In this document: positions 9,901 to 19,042 of the stretch, piece by piece
Position numbering within the stretch: position 1 is the first letter of the stretch
Layout of the letters: each line of letters begins with the position of its first letter
Source: a virus
Virus genome (UHGV): UHGV-0219032
DNA: 64,000 nucleotides
Strand: one strand, 5' to 3'
Notes under the pieces: generated by a model
What the model was told of the DNA's origin: nothing
The model's input: the letters and a program-made list of their open reading frames with translations, nothing else
The model's database searches: none
Position numbers and translations under genes: made by a program

Positions 9901-10002
9901 ATAATCTTTTGTACTACTTGCACTATCAGTTAGTATATTATTACTTAATTGTGAATGTATGTGCATTGATACATATTTCATATTATTTATAATACCTCCC
10001 AT
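6919..10002 (-). CDS. dnaE: DNA polymerase III alpha subunit (DnaE-type)
   Basis: N-terminal PHP domain (MHIHSQLS...ITEHG) and the Pol IIIalpha motif GFGRGSVNGSIVAYLMGITEIDP. 1027 aa. Confidence 0.8.
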   Translation of the reverse strand: MGGIINNMKYVSMHIHSQLSNNILTDSASSTKDYITVAKEKGLHGIIITEHGATLGWYKKKKEIEEGGFKYVHAFEGYTRANEDDKNNYHILVYGLNNEGRKEINQLISNAYKDNHFYKRPTFFIDELFECKNVAVSTACLATALRKNNKDSYVFQRLLEWGLQNKDRFFLEIQPHNMSEQIEHNNFIIELSREYGFKIVATNDVHYHNKMSGELRKEKQKAEKMPFSYEDGLDLELKSYSEMYTALLNIGISPEIAKEALENTNIIYDMAEEYTIEKGFKMPNIYKDATKKMSEICIKKFNEKKLSVYSNQCVDEIAKKIVQEIQVIHNLKSSSYMLMIADWVNGLREHGIYPGFGRGSVNGSIVAYLMGITEIDPIKFGTLFFRFMNPEKISLPDVDTDIESDRRQEAKEWFYGRDGLNCSEIITFGKDLEKGAIRSMGRSYGMEISEVEKILANISEYRDDEEYADFFAKVDDLDGFIKSIGIHAGGMLVSDLDIEKEIGIITSFDKQLNRRRRVTQLDMREVDELGYVKVDALGLANIGAINRVCEYLGIKRPSPDDIDFEDMNVWNHILNSKHGTMIFQFEKDQAFNHLKRALKNNDKMKKLDIATAVSGVIRPCGDSIREGLFSGKINDTGSDIVNKRFAYNNGYLIYQEDIMNFLTEFSGYSNAESDYARKTISKKGGTEKLVVELRERFPKYFMEHYGETRENTDKVLNHVARIMRDAENYAFNIAHARPYTITGFLCAYFRCYYPKEFITASLNTFKSKREKIKSIYTYIKEETDIVIESPVFGNFSQEYSYDKDKNIIYEGLSGLKGVSKNADNALKCIPNDIGTFLDLLIFVKENKLSLSQKDLSILIKIDFFRNFGKQKYLLNIIEIFFNDKSCKYSEKVTQKTKDKKISLIKEQINILNPEDDFEYVEKMKNELMICGRTSKKMDWLDFDALFVLSLEHPFPSQYFLKGFNMRNGEIETYKIKREDILDGLDDNDIIVVNDKITKERKQLVDGKWQGGTGIFDTYIKSMSKVEF

Positions 10003-10517
10003 AATTGTTTTTCATGTTCTGTAAAACTATATTTTCCTTGATACTTCCAATTATTTTTATAATAATAAGAAGCATTAAATTTTTCATCATTAAAGTATTC
10101 TCTCCATTCAGCTCTACTTTTAACCATATTTAATTCAATACATTTATAAAATTTTTCTCTTCCTTTTCCGTTTATCTTGAAAAATAATGGATTTTCTTCC
10201 TTATCAAAGCTATATGGTACATTATTTATACATTTTTTATCTCTTATTCTTTCTCTTATAATTGTAGTTGATAATTTAGTTAATTTACATAATTGATTTA
10301 AAGTATATGTTTCGCCATTTAATAAATTGTAAATATTTTGATTTTGTTCTTGATAAAAAATATCATTTTTAATAATTTCATTAAGTTTATCCATTTCTTC
10401 ATTACTAAGTTTGTACTCTTTTGCTCTTTCTCTAAGCATATCAATTTCATATTGTTCCAAATTTAATTTTTGTCCACTTATAAAGCTAAATAAATTCATT
10501 AATTCACGAGCTGTCAT
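9987..10517 (-). CDS. hypothetical protein
   Basis: 176-aa ORF with an RBS. Confidence 0.35.
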   Translation of the reverse strand: MTARELMNLFSFISGQKLNLEQYEIDMLRERAKEYKLSNEEMDKLNEIIKNDIFYQEQNQNIYNLLNGETYTLNQLCKLTKLSTTIIRERIRDKKCINNVPYSFDKEENPLFFKINGKGREKFYKCIELNMVKSRAEWREYFNDEKFNASYYYKNNWKYQGKYSFTEHEKQLWEVL

Positions 10518-10552
10518 ATGTTATTCCTCCTTTTAAATTATAATATAATTAT

Positions 10553-10580
10553 AACAAAAAGAGGTTGAAAAGTCAACCCC
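10553..10580 (-). terminator. rho-independent terminator
   Basis: Minus RNA reads ggggttgacttttcaacctc followed by tttttg, downstream of the ThyX-like gene. Confidence 0.5.
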
Positions 10581-10589
10581 TTAATTTTA

Positions 10590-11183
10590 TTATAATTTTT
10601 CTAAAAAATCTTTTCTTGCATTGGTATTATTCCAATATTCTTTTAATTCTTTTTTAAATGCTTCTGTTTCATTATATCCACAACAATCAAATTCTGGACA
10701 TAGACCACCTCTGTAAATACATTCCTTAACACAAACAGTTCTTAATTCTGGTTCATTAGGAGCAACAACTTCATCTAAAAACTTAGTCCATGCTTCTCTT
10801 GTTTCTGGTGAAGCTTTAGTACATAATCTTTTTCTTGATATATAAATAATAGCTTGTGCATTAGCTTCACATTCATGGTTTACAGGTTCATCTTGTCTTA
10901 AAGCATTTCTATTTATACCAGTTCTATCTGTTCTTCTTGTTGAGACAAAATGTTCAATTCCATGTTTATGTCTAACAAAATGAACAGACACCCAACTTTT
11001 TAAATTTAACCATCTCCAACCAATTATTAATTTTCTAATTGGTGAATGTTCTGATATTAATAATCTTCTTTTATATTCTGATTCTGGGTATTTTCCTTTA
11101 TTTAAATTAATAGTATTTAATGTGGCATTTTTAATAGTTTGCCATCTATCAACATAATCTCTCAATTCAACTTTAAATGACAA
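10590..11183 (-). CDS. thyX: ThyX-like flavin-dependent thymidylate synthase (divergent)
   Basis: FVRHKHGIEHFVSTRR resembles the ThyX RHR-x7-9-S signature, with Lys replacing the second Arg. Has an unusual Cys-rich C-terminus. Confidence 0.5.
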   Translation of the reverse strand: MSFKVELRDYVDRWQTIKNATLNTINLNKGKYPESEYKRRLLISEHSPIRKLIIGWRWLNLKSWVSVHFVRHKHGIEHFVSTRRTDRTGINRNALRQDEPVNHECEANAQAIIYISRKRLCTKASPETREAWTKFLDEVVAPNEPELRTVCVKECIYRGGLCPEFDCCGYNETEAFKKELKEYWNNTNARKDFLEKL

Positions 11184-11661
11184 TTTTATCCTCCAATAAT
11201 TTAGTTATATCAATTCCATTTTTATATATTTTTTGATTAGAAGAACCAAAATATCTATAATCTCCTTTTAATTCTTCTTTATAAGCTCCACATATAATAT
11301 AGTCAACATAACTAGCAATATTTAAATTTTTAATATAATTCCACTCGTAACCACTCCATAACCATATATCTTTATTTGGATATTTTGTTTTTACATATTC
11401 ACATAATTCAATAACATCATTTACATTATATGGGGCTAATGGTTCTCCACCTAATATGGATAATCCACTTATATATTCATTATCTAATAATTCTATAATT
11501 TTATTTTTTGTATTTTCATCAAAATTTTTACCATAATTTTTATCCCAAAGTTGAGAGTTGTGGCAACCATTACATTGTAATGGACAGCCACTAACCCAAA
11601 GTGTGATTCTAATACCATCACCATTATTAAAATCACAAGTATCTATTTGAGTATATTTCAT
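11173..11661 (-). CDS. nrdG: anaerobic ribonucleotide reductase activating protein (radical SAM)
   Basis: CPLQCNGC (CxxxCxxC) cluster; immediately downstream of NrdD. Confidence 0.7.
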   Translation of the reverse strand: MKYTQIDTCDFNNGDGIRITLWVSGCPLQCNGCHNSQLWDKNYGKNFDENTKNKIIELLDNEYISGLSILGGEPLAPYNVNDVIELCEYVKTKYPNKDIWLWSGYEWNYIKNLNIASYVDYIICGAYKEELKGDYRYFGSSNQKIYKNGIDITKLLEDKIVI

Positions 11662-11669
11662 TATACCAC

Positions 11670-13748
11670 CTACATTGATTTTCTATCTTTTATTTCTGCC
11701 ATTTTTGCATCATTAAATGTTCTATCTCCATTTTTTCTACTAAATCCAAGATAACCACATGTTCTATTAATTTCAGTAATATTTTTACTTCCACAATGTG
11801 GGCAAGTTTCTCCCCAATCAGTTCCAGTTGTTCCACAATCCTCACATTGACAGGCATTAAAATTAACACCTTGATAGAATCCTAAATCCATTCCTCTTCT
11901 AATAATATCTTTTAATGCTTTAATATTTTTAGTATTTGGTATTCTAACATATTGAATGTGTCCGCCTGTAACTAATTCAAATATATCTATTTCTTTATCC
12001 TGTTTTTCAAAAGGTGTTATTTCTTCGCATACATGACAATGAAATGAATTACTGAAATAATCTTTATCAGATACACCTTTTATAGTTCCATATTTCTTTC
12101 TAAATTGTTCTACTTGAGTTCCACATAAACTTTCTGCTGGTGTACCATAAAGTGCATATAAGTAACCATCTAAAATTTTAAATTCATCAACTTTATTTTT
12201 TATATATTTAACAGTTGAATAAGCGAAACTATTATCTTCAGAAATAGGTTTTCCTGTTGCCAAAACTGATAATTCATTTAAAGCTGTAATACCAAAACTA
12301 GCTGTTGCTGATTTTAATATAGGTTTTATTTTATCAGTTGGTTTTAAATTACCACCATATGCACCACCCTCACAAAACATTAGTGGGTTAGAACTTGCTT
12401 CAGCTTTTCCTAAATATTCATATCTTTGAATATGTAATTCTCTTATCATTTGTAAATAATAATCTAAAACCTCATAAAATGGTTTATTTTCATATTTAGC
12501 TTTCATGTATATCATTGGTAAATTTAAACTAATAGCTCCTATATTAAATCTTCCAATAAATTGTAATTCTCCATTTTCATCTCTATAATCTGATAAATAA
12601 GCTCTACAACCCATAGGACTGACCCACTTACCTTCTCTTTTATGTAATTTTGGAGATAAGAAATCTGGGTACATACATTTAGAAGAGCATTGTACTGCTA
12701 AATCAAATAACCATTCATATTTTTTACCTTTTCCATGTATATCTGGATTATATAAGAAAACAAGTTTAGGGAATATAAGATTTTTCTTATGTCCTTTATC
12801 TCCATGTCCTTCCATTCTAACTTCAAGTATTGCTTTGCATATATCAGCTTCTAATTGATTTTGAACATCTCCAAATGTTAAAGTAGTAAATGGATATGAA
12901 CCTCTAGCACTAACAACTGTATTCATTTTTATTTCAAAACCTTGTAGAACTTGTTTTAATTCTATATATACTCTTTGTTTAACTAATTCTAAACACTCTA
13001 TATCCGACATATTAGAAATTTTACGTATATATTCATATTCTTTACGAATAGACATTTCATAATATTTTACAAGTATATTATGTACTTCTGGAATTGTATG
13101 ACCTCCAAAATGTTGTGCGGATATAATTTGAACTATATCTCCCATTTGTCCAACCGCTGTTCTTATATCCTTAGGTTCAGTGTACTTAATATCCTCAAGT
13201 TTAAAACCACCATTCAATATAGCTTTCATATCACACAATGTACAATTATATTGCGGAAGCAACATATCAGACAAATCATGAATATAAATATATCCATCTT
13301 TCATAGATTGAATAACATCAATAGGCAAAAACATTTTTTGATACATTTCTTTAGCAAATATTTTAGCTATTTCAGTTCTTTTTGTAGATATATACCTAGT
13401 ATTACTATTACTGTTACTTCTATCAACTTCAGTAAGCATTGAATGTACTTGTCTTTCTATATCATTGATAGTAGAATAAACAAATTCTTTTTTATAATTT
13501 CTATAATCTTTATATGATTTTGCAACTGATGGAGCAATTAAATCTAAAGACTTTTCAACATAACTATGAATAGTATCTACTGAAATATTAGCATTATCAC
13601 CTATCCATTCAACAACATTATTACATATTTCTTCTTCCTGAATATTTGATAATACATATCCTATTCTTTTTGCTGATTTTCTAATTGCTGATTTTATTTT
13701 ATCTTCATTATAATCTTCAATAGTTCCATTCTTTTTAATTACTTGCAT
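11670..13748 (-). CDS. nrdD: anaerobic (class III) ribonucleotide reductase
   Basis: C-terminal glycyl-radical motif RTCGYLG, the Zn-ribbon CEDCG...CPHCG, and 692 aa. Confidence 0.85.
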   Translation of the reverse strand: MQVIKKNGTIEDYNEDKIKSAIRKSAKRIGYVLSNIQEEEICNNVVEWIGDNANISVDTIHSYVEKSLDLIAPSVAKSYKDYRNYKKEFVYSTINDIERQVHSMLTEVDRSNSNSNTRYISTKRTEIAKIFAKEMYQKMFLPIDVIQSMKDGYIYIHDLSDMLLPQYNCTLCDMKAILNGGFKLEDIKYTEPKDIRTAVGQMGDIVQIISAQHFGGHTIPEVHNILVKYYEMSIRKEYEYIRKISNMSDIECLELVKQRVYIELKQVLQGFEIKMNTVVSARGSYPFTTLTFGDVQNQLEADICKAILEVRMEGHGDKGHKKNLIFPKLVFLYNPDIHGKGKKYEWLFDLAVQCSSKCMYPDFLSPKLHKREGKWVSPMGCRAYLSDYRDENGELQFIGRFNIGAISLNLPMIYMKAKYENKPFYEVLDYYLQMIRELHIQRYEYLGKAEASSNPLMFCEGGAYGGNLKPTDKIKPILKSATASFGITALNELSVLATGKPISEDNSFAYSTVKYIKNKVDEFKILDGYLYALYGTPAESLCGTQVEQFRKKYGTIKGVSDKDYFSNSFHCHVCEEITPFEKQDKEIDIFELVTGGHIQYVRIPNTKNIKALKDIIRRGMDLGFYQGVNFNACQCEDCGTTGTDWGETCPHCGSKNITEINRTCGYLGFSRKNGDRTFNDAKMAEIKDRKSM

Positions 13749-14575
13749 TAATCCTCCTTATAAAACTTATATACATTTTTAAATAATGATAATGTTGTAA
13801 GTATTCCAACACCACCAGGAACAGGTGTATAATTAATATTTGGATAATCTTTTTCAATTATATCTAATATTGGATATAATTCGCCATGTAATTTACCATT
13901 TTCTCCAACAAAAATACCAGTATCTATTATTGTTTTATTTTTAAAACATCTTAATCCATCTAAAACATTAGAAGTTAAATAATTATCTTTTCCTGTTGCT
14001 AGAATTATTATATCATTATCAAAAAATGATTTTTGTATATCTAATGGTGTTGATTTTGATGTTAAAATTTTTAAACTAGCAACCTTATCTATTAATAAAC
14101 TAGCTAAAGGTTTTCCTACTAATTTTCCTCTTCCAATTATTGCTACATTTAAATTACATAAATTATCTCCATGTAAATAATACAAATAATCTATAATACC
14201 TTTTGGTGTTGCTGGAACTACACCATTTATATTTCCATTATATATATCTCCATATTGAAAAAATCCATCTACATCAAAACCATAATCTAATTCTTGATTC
14301 TCATACTCGATTAATAATTCTGTATTATCAACAGGTAATTGTAATATACAAGGATTATACATATGGAATCTAGGTGGAAATAAACCATCAACAACTTCAA
14401 CATTAACACCCAACTCTTGTCCTACCTTAATTTTATTTTTAAGGTAGGATTTAGTTGCTCCATTTTTATCATTAGAATAAATAGTTAATGTTGGATTTTG
14501 TTTTTCTATTTTTTTAAAATTTTCTTTTAATATCTCTTTTTCTTTTTCAACATACTCTCTAACATTTAACTTCAT
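13748..14575 (-). CDS. folD: bifunctional methylene-THF dehydrogenase/cyclohydrolase
   Basis: TPVPGGVGILTT (the FolD PVPGGVGPMT motif) and a Rossmann GRGKLVGKP. Confidence 0.8.
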   Translation of the reverse strand: MKLNVREYVEKEKEILKENFKKIEKQNPTLTIYSNDKNGATKSYLKNKIKVGQELGVNVEVVDGLFPPRFHMYNPCILQLPVDNTELLIEYENQELDYGFDVDGFFQYGDIYNGNINGVVPATPKGIIDYLYYLHGDNLCNLNVAIIGRGKLVGKPLASLLIDKVASLKILTSKSTPLDIQKSFFDNDIIILATGKDNYLTSNVLDGLRCFKNKTIIDTGIFVGENGKLHGELYPILDIIEKDYPNINYTPVPGGVGILTTLSLFKNVYKFYKED

Positions 14576-14584
14576 AATTATCTC

Positions 14585-15094
14585 CTATTTTCCAGTTGAA
14601 CCAAAACCATTAGAACCTCTATTAGATTCATTTACTTCAGATACTATTTTTATATTTTTATATTTTCTAATAGCATTTATAACAACTTGAGCAATTCTTT
14701 CTCCTTTTTTAATATCAAATCCAATATCACTTGAGTTATTTAATATAACACCTATTTCTCCTCTATAAGCATTATCAATAGTTCCTAAGATAGCAACCTT
14801 TGATTCTTTTAATGAAGCTCCACTTCTTGGTCTTAATTGTGCTTCAATAATTTCAAGATATTCACCTTTATCTTCTGGTTGTGGTAATTCTAAATATACA
14901 CCAGTTGTTATTAAAAATGTTTTATGAGGATTAATTCTTACAGATTGTCCTTCATTTAATAAAACTTTTTGACCTAATTCATGATTTGGTTTTACCTCTC
15001 TATAACCTAATGCACATACATCATATCCACTATCAGTTTCATGAGCCGAATTAAACATAGCTCCATTATCTAATTTTACTTTTATTTGTTCCAT
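14585..15094 (-). CDS. dut: dUTP diphosphatase
   Basis: dUTPase motifs RPRSG, GTIDNAYRGE and the C-terminal RGSNGFGSTGK. Confidence 0.85.
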   Translation of the reverse strand: MEQIKVKLDNGAMFNSAHETDSGYDVCALGYREVKPNHELGQKVLLNEGQSVRINPHKTFLITTGVYLELPQPEDKGEYLEIIEAQLRPRSGASLKESKVAILGTIDNAYRGEIGVILNNSSDIGFDIKKGERIAQVVINAIRKYKNIKIVSEVNESNRGSNGFGSTGK

Positions 15095-15150
15095 ATTTAT
15101 ACCTCCTAAAAATATATAATATTTATTATATCATATTTTAAATTATTTTT

Positions 15151-16149
15151 CTATAATTTTATCATACAATTTTCAAATAATTTTTCAAATATCTCCTTTC
15201 CCATATCAGTAGGAGAATTTTTACTATCTATTGGTAAATATTCTTTTTTCTCATCATATATAGCATATACTTCCATATCTGGAAACCATGATTTTATATC
15301 ATTAGCTCTTTTAATATATTCTATAATATGTTTATCCTCATCATAAGCTAACACAACAACTCTTATACCTAAGTCATATAAAAGATTTATTTGGTTTTTA
15401 TCAATATGAGACATACCAACACTTACTATTGGTCTAAATCCAAATGAATGAGCTTGTAAAGTTGATTTTTCGGCTTCAACTAAAACACAATATCCACATT
15501 CTTTAATATATTTTTGATTTTCATATAAACCATATAAATGTTCCCTTTTATTAAAAGGTAAAAGTGAAATATATTTATATTTATAATCTTTTGAAATTTT
15601 CCAATTTGCTCTAGCTGTATTACCAACTATTTCACCTTTTAAATTTCTCCAAAGAATAACTACTCTATCACTTTCTTCATCATATCTTATATCAAATTCA
15701 CATTGGGTTGCTAAATTAATACCATCATTTCTAAACATAGTTGAAATGATAGGTTTATATTTTGATATTTCAACTTCAGAATAAATATTATCCCCTTTTA
15801 TAAGATTTAATTTATCATTTAAATCTTTAAAAATACAATTATCATTTCTTTTAACAACATTTATGTTTTGATTAGATATTCCTAATTTATTCTTTAAATC
15901 TATAATGGCATCTTTAAAACACATTCCAGTTTTATTCATTATTGCTGTTAGAATGTCTCCATGAGTATCATCAGACCATCTAACATAAGATAATGAATTA
16001 ATGTCTATTTGACAAGAACCTTTTGATTCATCATCAAATGCAAACATTACTCTTTTATTATTAGAATGTATGTTTGAAAAACCATAAGACCTTATTATAT
16101 CTTCTATTTTATTTGTATCACCACATAATAAGGCTTTTACAGCTTCCAT
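15151..16149 (-). CDS. DNA primase (Toprim domain)
   Basis: Toprim EAEKSTLQAHSFG...VVVLAYDEDK. Confidence 0.55.
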   Translation of the reverse strand: MEAVKALLCGDTNKIEDIIRSYGFSNIHSNNKRVMFAFDDESKGSCQIDINSLSYVRWSDDTHGDILTAIMNKTGMCFKDAIIDLKNKLGISNQNINVVKRNDNCIFKDLNDKLNLIKGDNIYSEVEISKYKPIISTMFRNDGINLATQCEFDIRYDEESDRVVILWRNLKGEIVGNTARANWKISKDYKYKYISLLPFNKREHLYGLYENQKYIKECGYCVLVEAEKSTLQAHSFGFRPIVSVGMSHIDKNQINLLYDLGIRVVVLAYDEDKHIIEYIKRANDIKSWFPDMEVYAIYDEKKEYLPIDSKNSPTDMGKEIFEKLFENCMIKL

Positions 16150-16162
16150 TTATTCCTCCCTA

Positions 16163-16188
16163 AGTAAAAGGGGCATTATGCCCCCACA
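16163..16188 (-). terminator. rho-independent terminator
   Basis: Minus RNA reads gggggcataatgcccc followed by ttttac. A GC-rich hairpin in an AT-rich genome. Confidence 0.5.
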
Positions 16189-17369
16189 TTATATCCAAAA
16201 TTTATATATATCATATTTAATGTTTTATCACTTTGTGCCATTAAAGCATCTAATAAATTATCTTTTTTACTTTCTGCCATTAAAGCATTAAAATATTGAT
16301 TACATTGTTCTATATTTTCACTTGGTAAACTATTTAACATTTTATCATAATAATCTATAAATTTAACTATATCATCTTTTCTTTTTTCTTTTTTATCATC
16401 TTCTTTCATAACATTTATATTAAGAAGTAAATCACTAGCCTTTTTAGCATCTTCTTCTTTGGCTTTTTCTTCATAATTTGTTATTCCAGCTGACTTAGAC
16501 ATTTCTCTTTTAAATATTTCAAAGTATTCATCAATAGCTTTTTCAAAAGATGTTGCATCTATTAATTCTGGAACATTTACAAATGGAGATTTACAACCTT
16601 TATATAACCCATCAGAACTTAATCTAAGATATTTATTTGATGCTGATAAATTATTAATAGATTTACCTTGTTTTGTTGTTCCAACATTAACAACCTTTTC
16701 TTCTTTAGTAATAAAGAAAGATATATCAGCATCTTGTAAAAATGTTCTAGCATCATATTTTTCTCCACTATCAGTAGATATAATTTGATATTCAGCACCT
16801 GTTGTTGGGTCTGTTTGAGATTTTATTCTAGCTTGAGTTATAGCATCAACTATATATCCAGCATTTCTTAATTTTTCAACCACATCTTTTTTACTAACTT
16901 CTATTGATTTAGATACTGGAGAACCATAACCACCAAAACAAGCATTAAATGATTGCAACTTACCATTTTCTTGGAAATTTAATCTAATAACTTCTTGTTG
17001 TGCTAATTCTTCCATTTTAGTTGTAGTATCTATTCCTATTCTTTGAATTGGGAAATTTGGGTCATCTTTTTTAGCTTTTACTAATAAATCTACTATTTCT
17101 TTTAATTCTTCCCATGTTTCAACTTTTTCTTTTTTAAGACCAGTTTTTTTATCTATTGGTCTAATAACAGTCAAATTACCTAAATGTTTATATCTCGCTT
17201 CTAATGGTATAATAGCTACAATTTTCTTCCCAGCTTCTTGATTAAATTTTTGAGCTAAAACATTATATAAAGGTGATTTACCTACTCCAGACTCTCCAAC
17301 TATTCTAAAAGAATAGCTATTTAGTGATACTTGTACTTGATTATCTTCCATTAAATCATATATATTCAT
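16176..17369 (-). CDS. Sak4-like (AAA_24) recombination ATPase
   Basis: Walker A GESGVGKS near the N-terminus and an AAA_24-like layout. Confidence 0.5.
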   Translation of the reverse strand: MNIYDLMEDNQVQVSLNSYSFRIVGESGVGKSPLYNVLAQKFNQEAGKKIVAIIPLEARYKHLGNLTVIRPIDKKTGLKKEKVETWEELKEIVDLLVKAKKDDPNFPIQRIGIDTTTKMEELAQQEVIRLNFQENGKLQSFNACFGGYGSPVSKSIEVSKKDVVEKLRNAGYIVDAITQARIKSQTDPTTGAEYQIISTDSGEKYDARTFLQDADISFFITKEEKVVNVGTTKQGKSINNLSASNKYLRLSSDGLYKGCKSPFVNVPELIDATSFEKAIDEYFEIFKREMSKSAGITNYEEKAKEEDAKKASDLLLNINVMKEDDKKEKRKDDIVKFIDYYDKMLNSLPSENIEQCNQYFNALMAESKKDNLLDALMAQSDKTLNMIYINFGYNVGA

Positions 17370-17428
17370 TTGTTCCCTCCATTTTTATTATTTGGGTATC
17401 ATATATTTCAATGATACCCATTATATTA

Positions 17429-18646
17429 TTATTTTTTCATTCCTAAAGTAAAACTTGGAACTTTTGGTATTCCATTTGTAGGTGTTGTTGGTGGTGTAAA
17501 CACCTTAGCACTTACAGTAGTTGGAGCATTTTTCTTTTCACAATTTAATTGTTCTTGAGTAACTTCTACTTCATCTACATTATAAGGTATAGCATCTACT
17601 ACTATAATTTTATCACTTGTTCTTTTAATTCCTCTTTCTTTCTTAATATCATCTAATGTTTTCATTTGAGTTTGTAAGTAGAATTTTTCTTGCATTGTTA
17701 ATTCTTCTTCTTTTAAATCTCCATCTTTTTTATTAGATTTTATATGTCCAATAAATCTAGCAACATAATATTTAAATTCTTCTAATTCTACTTCTGTTAA
17801 AGCTTTTGTAGTTGGGTCAACAATAGCTCTATAATTTAATAATTGAGTCATATAATTATAAATATTTTCTGTTTCTGGATTAGAAAAATCTAGCATTTCA
17901 ACATTTAAATTAATTTCATCTCCAGATTTAATTAATCCTATTGATTTAGTTTCACTATCAACAGTAATAGGGAATAACATACTAATAGGAATCTTTTTAA
18001 CTTCTTGTTGTGCTACATCAGAAAATGGTATAGATTTAATAGCACCTTTAGTATATACAACATTTAAGTCAATCTTTAAATCATCTACTTCATTTTCATA
18101 AGCATTTCTAACATTAGATGGTTTATATTTAATTTGTAAATTTCCCTCATATGTAGATACTTGAGCATTTCCAGATACATGAACTCTTTTTCCATTTAAT
18201 TCATTTCTATGTTCTTCAATCCAATCTATTAAATGCCCCATATCAAGTGTTTCAAATTTTAAATCTCCACATTCAAATTTTATTACTAGGAAATTTTCAC
18301 ATTGTTCTATTGTTTTTGGGTCTTTTCCTAAAGCATAATCAATTCTAACAGTCTCTTTGCTTCCTTTAGCTCTAAACATACAAGTTCTTGCAACACCTAA
18401 AGTTACATAATCATCTATTGCAAGATATTCTCTATCACCATTATCTGTTTCAATAAAACAATTTATAGCTCTTGATGTATATTGATTACCATTTTTATTT
18501 AAACCATTTTTAATAGTTTTAAATCCATAATTAGTTGTTTTTACACCATTTTTATCATTAATAGTTTCTTTTTTTGGTTGCTCTGGCATTATATTAAACA
18601 TTCCTACAAAATCAAATCTTTGATACATCATCTCTAATGGTTTCAT
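17429..18646 (-). CDS. hypothetical protein, possibly an ssDNA-binding partner of the Sak4-like ATPase
   Basis: 405 aa. Placed between the ATPase and nuclease genes, by synteny only. Confidence 0.3.
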   Translation of the reverse strand: MKPLEMMYQRFDFVGMFNIMPEQPKKETINDKNGVKTTNYGFKTIKNGLNKNGNQYTSRAINCFIETDNGDREYLAIDDYVTLGVARTCMFRAKGSKETVRIDYALGKDPKTIEQCENFLVIKFECGDLKFETLDMGHLIDWIEEHRNELNGKRVHVSGNAQVSTYEGNLQIKYKPSNVRNAYENEVDDLKIDLNVVYTKGAIKSIPFSDVAQQEVKKIPISMLFPITVDSETKSIGLIKSGDEINLNVEMLDFSNPETENIYNYMTQLLNYRAIVDPTTKALTEVELEEFKYYVARFIGHIKSNKKDGDLKEEELTMQEKFYLQTQMKTLDDIKKERGIKRTSDKIIVVDAIPYNVDEVEVTQEQLNCEKKNAPTTVSAKVFTPPTTPTNGIPKVPSFTLGMKK

Positions 18647-18813
18647 TATTCACATACCTCCACACTTTTATCTTTTTCTTCTTGTTCTTTTTTAATAATT
18701 GATAATCTTTCTTCTAAATTTTCTTTATTTAAATATGGGTGCTTTCTACCCATTTTTTCATATTTAGCAACACTTTGTAAATCTTTTAAAATATTAATTT
18801 CTCTTTTATCCAT
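18646..18813 (-). CDS. small protein (55 aa)
   Basis: RBS aggagg then ATG (MDKREINILKDL...). Stop TAA overlaps the downstream ATG (TAATG). Confidence 0.3.
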   Translation of the reverse strand: MDKREINILKDLQSVAKYEKMGRKHPYLNKENLEERLSIIKKEQEEKDKSVEVCE

Positions 18814-18821
18814 AATTCCTC

Positions 18822-18980
18822 CTAAATTCTACCTCTTTTATAAAAATAACTTGATGGGATTCCTTTAGCAAAAGTTCCATATCCATTATTTTTAAATTTA
18901 AATTCTACACCTTGACTTTTCCATTCTCTTATTTTCTCCATCATTGTTTTTTCTTTTTTAACTTCTTTCTCTTTATTCAT
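18822..18980 (-). CDS. small protein (52 aa)
   Basis: RBS aggagg then ATG (MNKEKEVKK...), ending at TAG. Confidence 0.3.
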   Translation of the reverse strand: MNKEKEVKKEKTMMEKIREWKSQGVEFKFKNNGYGTFAKGIPSSYFYKRGRI

Positions 18981-19012
18981 ATTAACCTCCTAAGTTTTCC
19001 TTTGATAAATAT

Positions 19013-19042
19013 ATAATATCATATATTTTATTTTTTGTCAAG
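19013..19042 (-). promoter_or_regulatory. early-family promoter
   Basis: Minus-strand AATTCTTGACAAAA, 17 nt, TATTAT. Confidence 0.45.
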
